Shown here: piece by piece, positions 46,102 through 53,586 of the stretch
Position numbering within the stretch: position 1 is the stretch's first letter
Layout: each line of letters opens with the position of its first letter
Source of the DNA: Acidimicrobiales bacterium
Lineage (GTDB): Bacteria > Actinomycetota > Acidimicrobiia > Acidimicrobiales > RAAP-2
DNA length: 53,586 bases
Assembly (NCBI GenBank): GCA_043721635.1
Contig: JAYSQJ010000035.1
Location: forward strand, 1-53,586
Direction: 5' to 3'
The notes under the pieces: model-generated
Told to the model about the DNA's origin: nothing
The model's input: the letters and a program-made list of their open reading frames with translations, nothing else
Databases searched by the model: none
Translations under genes and position numbers: made by a program

Positions 46102-46144
46102 ACTCTCGCAGCGCCGCCTAAGGGGACCTCAGCCGCTTCGTAAG
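46102..46144 (-). promoter_or_regulatory. Putative response-regulator boxes and promoter for the apbE operon
   Basis: On + strand, TCGCAG/CCTAAG/CCTCAG/CGTAAG at 46106/46117/46127/46139 (~11-bp period), similar to MprA-type TCTCAG repeats; GAGAGT -10-like on - strand. Confidence 0.45.
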
Positions 46145-46183
46145 AAAATCGACAGAAGTTGCCTCGAGACCGGGCTTCGAACG

Positions 46184-47539
46184 CTACTCGTCGCGGTCTT
46201 GGGCGATCGGCAGGCTGATGGTGAAGCGAGCGCCGCCGAGCTCGGGGTCTCGGTCCACTCGCACGTTGCCGTGCAGCTCGGAAACGACCTGCGCGACGAT
46301 CGAGAGGCCGAGTCCCGACCCCGGCAGGGCCCTCGCGGAAGGGGACCGCCAGAAGCGATCGAAGACGAAGGGCAGGTCTTGGTCGTTGATACCCGGGCCG
46401 CTGTCACTCACGGTGATGGCGCCGGCGCGCGAGGCGACCACGATGCGCCCGTCGCGCGGCGTGAACTTCACGGCGTTGGTGAGCAGGTTCGAGAGGGCGC
46501 GTACGAGCCGGTCGTGGCGGCCGAGCACGGTGGACGGCTCGACGGTGGCGACGATCGTGATGTCCTTGATGCGGGCGTAGGTCCGAGCGGTGTCGACGCA
46601 CTCGTCGACGCACTCGTCGAGGCGCAGCGACTCGATGGCCCCCTCGCTGCGCTCGCCGCGGGCGAGCTCGCCCAGGTCGGTGACGAGAGCGGCGAGCTCG
46701 TCAACTTGCGTGACCATGTCGTCGGTGAGCTGGCGCAAGTCGTCGGGGTCGAGCTCTCGCGCTCGCGAGAGGACCTGGGCGTTGGTGCGCAGCGACGTCA
46801 GGGGAGTGCGCAGCTCGTGGCTGGCGTCGACGACCAACTGTCGTTGGAGGACCTGGCTCGACTCAACCGTGCTGAGCAGCCGGTTGAAGACCCGGCGCAG
46901 CCGTCCGAGCTCGTCGGCTTCGCCCTCGTTGAGCCGGTAGCCCATGTCGTTGGTCTCGGCGACGGTCTCGATCTCGTTGGTCACCTCCTCGAGGGGGTGC
47001 AGCGCGGCGCGAGCGAGGAAGAGGCCGAGGCTGAGTGCCAGAAACAGTCCGCCGGCCGCGACGAAGAGCAAAGTCCGCACCAGGTTGCGCAGCTCGGCGA
47101 CCTGGCCGCTGATCCCGGTAATGAACACTTGGGCCGAGGTGGTCGGTACGTCGCACAGCCCCTTCGAGCACCGGATTGTTGCGTGCTTGGGCAGCGGGAC
47201 GATGAGCTCGCGGTAGCTCTGGCCCTGGAACTCGATCGTCCGCAGTAGTTGGGGCTCGAGGCCCTTGGCGATCTGGCGGATCATCTTGTCGATCGGTACG
47301 TTGAGTGTCGGGACCGTCTGGCCACTGGCCAGCACGAGTTGGACGGTGGCGCCGGTGACGCGCGAGTCGTCGTTGCCGCCGCCGCTCGTCTGGGAGAGGG
47401 CCTTGGCCGCGTAGAGCGACTCGTCAACGGAGTGCAGTAGCGCCGAGCGGGCCGTGATGAACGAGGCGAAGCACGCAAGGATCACCGCGATGGCCGCGGC
47501 GGCCACGGTCGCGGTGATGACGCGGGAGCGGAAGGTCAC
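46184..47539 (-). CDS. HAMP-domain sensor histidine kinase (MprB-like)
   Basis: 2 TMs, HAMP, DASHELRTPLTSLRTN, NLLTNAVKF, DSGPGI and GSGLGLSIV. Confidence 0.93.
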   Translation of the reverse strand: MTFRSRVITATVAAAAIAVILACFASFITARSALLHSVDESLYAAKALSQTSGGGNDDSRVTGATVQLVLASGQTVPTLNVPIDKMIRQIAKGLEPQLLRTIEFQGQSYRELIVPLPKHATIRCSKGLCDVPTTSAQVFITGISGQVAELRNLVRTLLFVAAGGLFLALSLGLFLARAALHPLEEVTNEIETVAETNDMGYRLNEGEADELGRLRRVFNRLLSTVESSQVLQRQLVVDASHELRTPLTSLRTNAQVLSRARELDPDDLRQLTDDMVTQVDELAALVTDLGELARGERSEGAIESLRLDECVDECVDTARTYARIKDITIVATVEPSTVLGRHDRLVRALSNLLTNAVKFTPRDGRIVVASRAGAITVSDSGPGINDQDLPFVFDRFWRSPSARALPGSGLGLSIVAQVVSELHGNVRVDRDPELGGARFTISLPIAQDRDE

Positions 47540-48234
47540 GGGTTGCGCAGAGCGTAACCAACGCCGCGCACGGTCTGGATGAGCCGCGCCTCGCTAGCCT
47601 CTTCGAGCTTGCGTCGCAGGTAGCCGATGTAGACCGCGAGCGAGTTGGTGCCCGAGTCGAAGTTGTAGCCCCACACGAGGTCAAGTATCTGGTCCCGGGT
47701 GAGCACCTGGCGGGGGTGCTGGAGGAACAGTTCGAGCAGGTCGAACTCGATCTTGGTGAGCTCAACGCCGCGTGCACCGCGGTGCACTTCACGGGTCTGG
47801 GGATTGAGCGTGAGGTCCTCGAATCGCAGGACCGCGCCATCGCCGTCGCCCACGTTGTGGCGTCGCAGCAGCGCGCGCAACCGGGCGAGCAGCTCGGCCA
47901 GGTCGAAGGGCTTCACCAGGTAGTCGTCGGCCCCGACGTCGAGTCCCGCGACGCGGTCGTTGACGGCGTCGCGGGCGGTCAGCATCAGGATCGGGGTCGT
48001 GTCGCCGGCCTGGCGGATCCGACGGCATATCTCGAGGCCGTCGATGTCCGGGAGCTGGAGGTCGAGCACGATCGCGTCGGGGGCGCGCAACTGGATCGAC
48101 TTGAGGGCGCTCACGCCGTCCTCGAAGAGCTCGACGTCGTAGTTCTCCATGCGCAGGGCCCGACCGAGGGCGCTGCGGATGGCGGCGTCGTCGTCGACGA
48201 TCGCGATGTAGGAGGTTGAGGGGGCGGTGGTCAC
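47536..48234 (-). CDS. OmpR-family response regulator (MprA-like)
   Basis: VDDD, LDLQLP, GADDYLVKPF, VYIGYLRRKL and TVRGVGY. Confidence 0.94.
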   Translation of the reverse strand: MTTAPSTSYIAIVDDDAAIRSALGRALRMENYDVELFEDGVSALKSIQLRAPDAIVLDLQLPDIDGLEICRRIRQAGDTTPILMLTARDAVNDRVAGLDVGADDYLVKPFDLAELLARLRALLRRHNVGDGDGAVLRFEDLTLNPQTREVHRGARGVELTKIEFDLLELFLQHPRQVLTRDQILDLVWGYNFDSGTNSLAVYIGYLRRKLEEASEARLIQTVRGVGYALRNP

Positions 48235-48342
48235 GGCGCGGCTTTCTTCAGGCGGGTCAACAGGCTCTAGTGTTGCTGGTTGGTATTAACCATTCTCCAG
48301 TCATTCGTTAAGAATCTCCGAAGATTGTCAGAGTACCTTCAT

Positions 48343-48418
48343 TGGCGGGTAGTTCAATTGGCAGAACGACGGACTTTGAATCCGTAGGTTGGAGGTTCGA
48401 GCCCTCCCCCGCCAGCCA
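48343..48418 (+). tRNA. tRNA-Gln(UUG)
   Basis: Acceptor TGGCGGG/CCCGCCA, anticodon arm ACGGA-CTTTGAA-TCCGT, T-loop GGTTCGAG, encoded CCA. Confidence 0.95.
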
Positions 48419-48424
48419 CTCCGG

Positions 48425-49312
48425 CTAGGTGCAGAACCGGTTCAAGAGTGCCGCCAGTTCCAGGGGCTGGTCGCCCTGGATGGAGTGCCCCGCGTTGTTC
48501 ACGTGCACGACCGTCGCGCCCGGCAGGCGCTTCAAGAACTCGGCCTCGTCCCCGTCGTCGACCACCGAACCGGCGGCCATCGCTCGCAGCAGTGTCACCG
48601 GCATCGAGAGCTCGCTGAGCTTCGTCCAGAGGTCCCCGGCGTCGGGGGCGGTCAGCTCGGACCTGGGATGCTGCTGGTGGCGCCACACCCAGGTGCCGTC
48701 GGTCCGCGGCAGGGCGTTGTGCAGGATGCCGCGGCGCAGCGACGAGACCGACCGGGTCGGGTTGTGCTCGACCGTGCGTTCCAACAGCTCGTCGAAGTCG
48801 GCGAACGACGTGGGGCCGTTCACGAAGTCGGTGATGTGGCGGGCCTTGTCGGCGTTCACCCCTGGCGTGATGTCGATCAGCACCAGGGACGCCACCAGGT
48901 CCGGCCGTTCGTGCGCCACCAGCAGCGCGGTGAGGCCACCGAGCGACATGCCGACCAGCGGTCGCGCACCCGAGGTCAACTGCTCGATGGCCCGCGCGAC
49001 GTCGGTCGCGTGGCTCGCGATCGCCGAGGCGGGGTAGGGCGAGGCGTCGGAGTGGCCGTGGCCAGGCAGGTCGAGAGCGGCGAGGGGACGCTGCATGGCC
49101 AGGGCGACCGTGTCGAAGGTGTGGGCGTTCTGCGCGCCACCGTGGAGCAGCACCAGCTCGGGTTCGGCGTCACCCCAGCGAAGCCCGCTGAGCTGGCGCA
49201 GACCGTCGACCGCGACGAAGAAGCGGCGAACGGTGGGTACTGGCACGTCGAAGTCCCACTCGGCCAGGTTCTCGTGAAAGAGCGAGAACTCGTCGTAGGT
49301 GGAATCGGGCAC
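48425..49312 (-). CDS. Alpha/beta hydrolase
   Basis: HGGAQNAH, DLPGHGHS, GMSLGG nucleophile and AGHSIQGD. Confidence 0.9.
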   Translation of the reverse strand: MPDSTYDEFSLFHENLAEWDFDVPVPTVRRFFVAVDGLRQLSGLRWGDAEPELVLLHGGAQNAHTFDTVALAMQRPLAALDLPGHGHSDASPYPASAIASHATDVARAIEQLTSGARPLVGMSLGGLTALLVAHERPDLVASLVLIDITPGVNADKARHITDFVNGPTSFADFDELLERTVEHNPTRSVSSLRRGILHNALPRTDGTWVWRHQQHPRSELTAPDAGDLWTKLSELSMPVTLLRAMAAGSVVDDGDEAEFLKRLPGATVVHVNNAGHSIQGDQPLELAALLNRFCT

Positions 49313-49350
49313 GCTAGGAATGGTACGTGAAGAATGCTAGAGATGTTGGT

Positions 49351-50442
49351 GTGAGTCGCCCCACCTGTGTCGTCGTGCTCGCCGCCGGCGAGGGTACGCG
49401 GATGAGGTCGTCACGTCCGAAGCCCCTCCATCACCTTTGCGGGCGTCCCATGGTGCTCTACGTCCTCGACGCGGTGGTCCAAGAGGACGTGCGAGCGACC
49501 GTGGTCGTCGTCGGACACGGGGCGACGTGGGTCGAGAAGTCGCTCACCGAGCGCGCGCGCGCCGACGTGCACCTGACGTTCGTCGAGCAGAGCGAGCAGC
49601 TCGGCACCGGTCACGCGGTCTCGGTGGCGCTGCCGACAATCGACGACGAGCTCGGAGCCTCCGACGGCGACGTGCTGATCCTGCCCGGCGACACGCCGCT
49701 GCTGCGCCCGGGCACCATCGCGCGCCTCCTGGCCGAGCACCGCGACAGTCAGGCCGCCCTCACGGTGCTGACCGCGTTCGTCGAGGACCCCTCGGGCTAC
49801 GGGAGGATCGTGCACGCCAAGAACGGCGCCGTCGCTCGCATCGTGGAGGAGCGCGACGCCACCGCCGAGGAGCGGCTCATCACCGAGGTCAACACGTCAA
49901 TCATGGTGGTGCGCGCGAGCCTCCTCGGTCCGGCCCTGCGTAGGGTTGGGCGTCAGAACGCCCAGCACGAGTTCTACCTGACCGACCTCGTCGCCGTGCT
50001 GCACGAGGCGGGCCACGTCACCCAGTCGCTACTGCTCGACGACCCCGACGAGGCGTCAGGCGTGAACGACCTGCTCCAGCTCGCCCGGGCGGAGGAGGTC
50101 CTGCGCGGTCGCATCAACGAGAAGTGGATGCATCGCGGGGTCATCATGTGGAGCCCCGAGAATACCTACATCGACGCCGACGTGGAGCTCGCCCCCGAGG
50201 TGTCGCTGCTGCCCGGCACGGTGTTGAAGGGTCGCTGCGTGGTCGAGCGTGGGGCGCGCATCGGGCCCAACGCCGTCTTGACCGACGTCTTCGTCGGCGA
50301 GAACGCCCAGGTCGCCACGGTGGAGGCGACGAGCGCGCGCATCGGGACCGAGGCCCGCGTCGCCTCGTTCGTCGTGCTCGACGCCGGCACCGAGATCGCG
50401 TCGGGCGAGGTCGTCACCCCCTTCCACTACCGCACCCACTGA
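49351..50442 (+). CDS. glmU: GlmU-like N-acetylglucosamine-1-phosphate uridyltransferase, C-terminally short (363 aa)
   Basis: LAAGEGTRM...PK, QLGTGHAV, GDTPL, GYGRI and EFYLTD; only a few hexapeptide repeats; located before prs. Confidence 0.85.
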   Translation: MSRPTCVVVLAAGEGTRMRSSRPKPLHHLCGRPMVLYVLDAVVQEDVRATVVVVGHGATWVEKSLTERARADVHLTFVEQSEQLGTGHAVSVALPTIDDELGASDGDVLILPGDTPLLRPGTIARLLAEHRDSQAALTVLTAFVEDPSGYGRIVHAKNGAVARIVEERDATAEERLITEVNTSIMVVRASLLGPALRRVGRQNAQHEFYLTDLVAVLHEAGHVTQSLLLDDPDEASGVNDLLQLARAEEVLRGRINEKWMHRGVIMWSPENTYIDADVELAPEVSLLPGTVLKGRCVVERGARIGPNAVLTDVFVGENAQVATVEATSARIGTEARVASFVVLDAGTEIASGEVVTPFHYRTH

Positions 50443-50471
50443 ACCTCTGGCCCAACGGGTACGCTGGCGCC

Positions 50472-51446
50472 GTGGAGTCCCTCGCCAAGCGCCGCCTCGT
50501 CATCGTCACGGGCCGCTGCCACCCCACCCTGGCCAAGGACATCGCCGACAAACTGGACGTGCACCTGACCGAGGCGAACGTCCGCGAGTTCGCCAACGGC
50601 GAGATCCATTGCCGCTTCGACGAGTCGATACGGGGCGCGCACGTGTTCATCATCCAGACTCACGCCTCGCCCGTGAATGACGCGGTGATGGAGCAACTCA
50701 TCATGATCGACGCCGCCAAGCGCGCGTCGGCGCGCAGCATCACCGCCGTGATCCCGAACTACGGCTACGCCCGTCAGGATCGCAAGTCGGCCGGGCGCGA
50801 ACCGATCACCGCCAAGCTCATCGCCGACATGCTCCAGACCGCAGGGGCGAGCCGCGTGCTCTCGGTCGACTTCCATTCGGGCCAGATCCAGGGCTTCTTC
50901 AATATCCCGGTCGACCACCTGGTCGCGGCGCCGGTCCTGGAGGAGTACCTGAAGGCCCACACCAACCCCCACGAGCTCGTCGTCGTCGCCCCCGACGCCG
51001 GCCGGGTGAAGGTCGCCGAACGCTACGCCCAGCACCTCGGCTGCGACCTGGCTCTCGTGCACAAGACCCGTCCGCACGGCTCGGTCAACGTCACTGAGGC
51101 GCGCCACATCGTCGGTGACGTGATGGGTCGGCACTGCGTGCTGATCGACGACATGATCGACACCGCAGGGACCATCGTCGCGGCCTGCGACCTCCTGAAG
51201 GGCCACGGCGCCGACGAGATCTGGGTGATGGCGACCCACGCGGTCTTCTCGCCCCCGGCCGTCGACCGTCTGTTCAACGCCCCGATCAGCCGCGTGATCG
51301 TCACCGACACCCTGCCCCTCGGTCCCGAGCGCCGATTCGAGAAGCTCGAAGTGCTCTCGATCGCGACGATCGTGGCCAACGCGATTTCCGCGATTTTCGA
51401 GGACTCCTCGGTCTCGGACATCTTCGGGGGCGAGAACCTGCTCTAG
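50472..51446 (+). CDS. prs: Ribose-phosphate pyrophosphokinase
   Basis: FANGE, YGYARQDRK, PDAGRV and DDMIDTAGT; TACGCT 6 nt before GTG. Confidence 0.96.
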   Translation: MESLAKRRLVIVTGRCHPTLAKDIADKLDVHLTEANVREFANGEIHCRFDESIRGAHVFIIQTHASPVNDAVMEQLIMIDAAKRASARSITAVIPNYGYARQDRKSAGREPITAKLIADMLQTAGASRVLSVDFHSGQIQGFFNIPVDHLVAAPVLEEYLKAHTNPHELVVVAPDAGRVKVAERYAQHLGCDLALVHKTRPHGSVNVTEARHIVGDVMGRHCVLIDDMIDTAGTIVAACDLLKGHGADEIWVMATHAVFSPPAVDRLFNAPISRVIVTDTLPLGPERRFEKLEVLSIATIVANAISAIFEDSSVSDIFGGENLL

Positions 51447-51528
51447 CCGTGGGCCCTCGGCGCCCGACGCACTAGACTTTCTCTCCTGTGCGCCCCGCTT
51501 TGGGGCCCAGCCTTCCTGAGGAGTATTC

Positions 51529-52128
51529 ATGGCACACGCCACTTTGCACGCGTCGACCACTCGCGACAAAGGTTCGCGCAACTCGCGCCGGCTCCGGCTC
51601 GCCGGTTCGATCCCCGGTGTCGTCTACGGCTTCGGCGTCACGCCGCTGCCGGTCTCGGTCGACGCCAAGTTGTTTCGCACCGCCGTCTCGGGCGAGCAGG
51701 GCCTCAACAGCCTGATCGACCTCGACGCCGACGGCCAGAAGTTCATCGTCATGGCCCGCGAGATCCAGCGCCACCCGGTGCGCGGCACCGTCGCGCATAT
51801 CGACTTTCAGGTGGTCGACCCCAATCAGCCGGTCATCGTCGAGGTGCCCCTGCACATCATCGGTGACGCCGTAGAGGTCCGTCACGCCGACTGGGAGGTC
51901 GACCAGCAGATGTTCAGCGTCGAGGTCCTCGCGCGTCCGAGCGACATCCCCACCCACCTCGACGTGGACATTACCGAGCTCAAGGTCGGCGGCACGATTC
52001 GCGTCGCCGACGTGGCGATGCCCAAGGGCGTCGAGCCGTCCGGCGACGCCACGGTGTCGGTCGTGACGTCGCGACCTGGTCGCACGACCGCCGTCAAGGC
52101 CGCGGTCGAGCCCGAAGTCGGCGTCTAA
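51529..52128 (+). CDS. rplY: 50S ribosomal protein L25/Ctc
   Basis: SRRLR..G.IPGVVYG, EIQRHPV..HIDF and C-terminal TL5 domain; GAGGAG RBS. Confidence 0.93.
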   Translation: MAHATLHASTTRDKGSRNSRRLRLAGSIPGVVYGFGVTPLPVSVDAKLFRTAVSGEQGLNSLIDLDADGQKFIVMAREIQRHPVRGTVAHIDFQVVDPNQPVIVEVPLHIIGDAVEVRHADWEVDQQMFSVEVLARPSDIPTHLDVDITELKVGGTIRVADVAMPKGVEPSGDATVSVVTSRPGRTTAVKAAVEPEVGV

Positions 52129-52134
52129 GCAGCC

Positions 52135-52758
52135 GTGGCGCTTCGGCGCTCTCGCGAGACCGACCGTTCCGGGAGCGCGTCTGTCCTGGTCGTCGTCGGA
52201 CTGGCCAACCCTGGTCCCGAGTACGAGGGGTCGCGTCACAACGTCGGCGGCGACGCGGTGCGACTGGTGTGCGTGCGCCGCGGCGTGCGTCTTACTCTCG
52301 AACGGCGCCAGAGGGCGCTCACGGCGACCGTGTCGACCGAGCGGGGCCCGGTCACCCTGGCTGTGCCGATCACCTTCATGAACGAGTCGGGCGCGGCGAT
52401 GCCCCCGCTGCTGCGCCGCACGTCGCTGACGGACCTCACCCACCTCGTCATCGCCCACGACGAACTCGACCTGGAGCCAGGACGTCTCCAGTTGAAGGTG
52501 GGCGGGGGGTTGGCCGGCCATAACGGACTGCGCTCCATCGCCCAGACCCTCTCGACCCAGGAGTTCTCGCGGCTGCGCATCGGCATCGGCAAGCCGCCGA
52601 CCAAGGAGCAGGGCGCCGACTACGTCCTGCAGCGCGCCACCGGCGCTCGCAAGGTCGCGCTCGCGGGCTTCGTGGCCGACGCCGCCGACGCGATCGAGAC
52701 GCTGCTGGACTACGACTTCGAGCCGGCCCAACGGCGAGTGAACGGCGCCCGTGACTAA
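52135..52758 (+). CDS. pth: Peptidyl-tRNA hydrolase
   Basis: VGLANPG, RHNVG, FMNESG, HDELD, GHNGLRS and RLRIGIG. Confidence 0.95.
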   Translation: MALRRSRETDRSGSASVLVVVGLANPGPEYEGSRHNVGGDAVRLVCVRRGVRLTLERRQRALTATVSTERGPVTLAVPITFMNESGAAMPPLLRRTSLTDLTHLVIAHDELDLEPGRLQLKVGGGLAGHNGLRSIAQTLSTQEFSRLRIGIGKPPTKEQGADYVLQRATGARKVALAGFVADAADAIETLLDYDFEPAQRRVNGARD

Positions 52759-53586
52759 ATCCAGGGGACTGCGACGAGTCCTCGAGCTCGTCGGACCCTC
52801 GGTGCGCACCGCCCACGCCGCCGGCTCGTTCAGCCCGGGTAGTTACGCGACGCCGCTGACGGTGGCCTCCTACGCGCTCGACGTCGCCTTCATGGTCTGC
52901 GTGACCGCGACCACGACCGAGGCCGAGCACCTGGCCGACGCGTTGGCGGCCCTGCTCGGCCCGGACCACGAGGTGGCGCTCTGGCCGGCGTGGGACACCC
53001 ACCCGCTCGAGCGCGTCAGCCCCGACAACCAGTCGATGGCGGCAAGGGCGCTGCTGCGCTGGCGGCTGGCCCACGGGACCGGGCCACGGGTGCTCGTCGC
53101 GTCGGCGCGTTCCGTCGCCCAGATGCTGCCCCCCGAGGAGCCGCACTCGCCGATCGTCGTCACGCGCGGGGGCGTGCTCGACCGCGATACGTTCATCTCC
53201 TCGCTCGTCGCGTTCGGTTATAGGCGCGAGAGCCTGGTGGAGCACCGCGCCGAGTTCGCGGTGCGCGGCGGGATCGTCGACGTCTGGCCGGCGCAGGGCC
53301 ACGAACCGGTACGCCTCGACTTCTTCGGCGACGAGGTCGAGCGACTCACTGCCTTCGACATCGCCAACCAGCGCTCGCTGCACGACCTCGCCGAAGCGGT
53401 GGTCGCCCCGGCCCGCGAGTGGCTGCCGGACGACGCCACCCGTCGACGGGCCGAGTCGCTATCGCGCGCGGCGCCGTGGGGGAGCGCCGCCTTCGACCGG
53501 TTGGCGACGGGCCAGCTCTTCGACGGTATGGAGGGCTGGATGGCGCTCTTCATCGACGAACCGCGAACCCTGCTCGACGAGTTGCG
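52751..53586 (+). CDS. mfd: Transcription-repair coupling factor, 5' part (runs off the window)
   Basis: Frame open from GTG 52751 to the edge; WPAWDTHPLERVSPD, EFAVRGGIVDVW, RLDFFGDEVE and FDIANQRS; follows pth. Confidence 0.9.
   Translation, partial: MTKSRGLRRVLELVGPSVRTAHAAGSFSPGSYATPLTVASYALDVAFMVCVTATTTEAEHLADALAALLGPDHEVALWPAWDTHPLERVSPDNQSMAARALLRWRLAHGTGPRVLVASARSVAQMLPPEEPHSPIVVTRGGVLDRDTFISSLVAFGYRRESLVEHRAEFAVRGGIVDVWPAQGHEPVRLDFFGDEVERLTAFDIANQRSLHDLAEAVVAPAREWLPDDATRRRAESLSRAAPWGSAAFDRLATGQLFDGMEGWMALFIDEPRTLLDEL

Noticed and set aside
48343-48418. tRNA-Gln as integration site of a genomic island
   Set aside because: No integrase, transposase or duplicated tRNA 3' end was seen, and flanking composition looks unchanged by eye

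Overview
High-GC actinobacterial chromosomal segment. An Acidimicrobiia-like origin is inferred from the bL37/bS22 genes, gene order and pervasive leaderless genes. About 60 genes can be supported. The left two-thirds is mostly metabolic: two acyl-CoA dehydrogenases, nnr, pfkA, Pit and PstSCAB phosphate uptake with PHO-box-like repeats, NCS1 permease/PfkB/arylsulfatase/haloalkane dehalogenase, amidase, beta-carbonic anhydrase, P450, MarR-MFS, a GT4/methyltransferase/prenyltransferase-like cluster and an M1 aminopeptidase. The right third is the conserved housekeeping block rsmI-metG-tatD-(rpfB slot)-rsmA-ispE ... tRNA-Gln-glmU-prs-rplY-pth-mfd. The strongest candidate for an undescribed system lies between ispE and tRNA-Gln. 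It is a redox operon preceded by a two-component system and encodes a small membrane-anchored Thr/Pro-stalk protein with a C-terminal CYSTPSGHVTCY motif, an ApbE flavin transferase, a di-heme ferric-reductase-like membrane protein, a stand-alone NuoF-like flavo-FeS protein and a 3Fe-4S-type ferredoxin. Three real small genes fall below the ORF-track cutoff: a 56-aa 7-Cys zinc-ribbon microprotein, bL37 and bS22. Other oddities are a C-terminally truncated GlmU, a PASTA-PASTA-RlpA protein in the rpfB position, and a non-lipoprotein PstS with a Cys-clamped Lys-rich insertion. No CRISPR array, integrase or transposase was seen. All calls are by motif recognition; no database searches were run.
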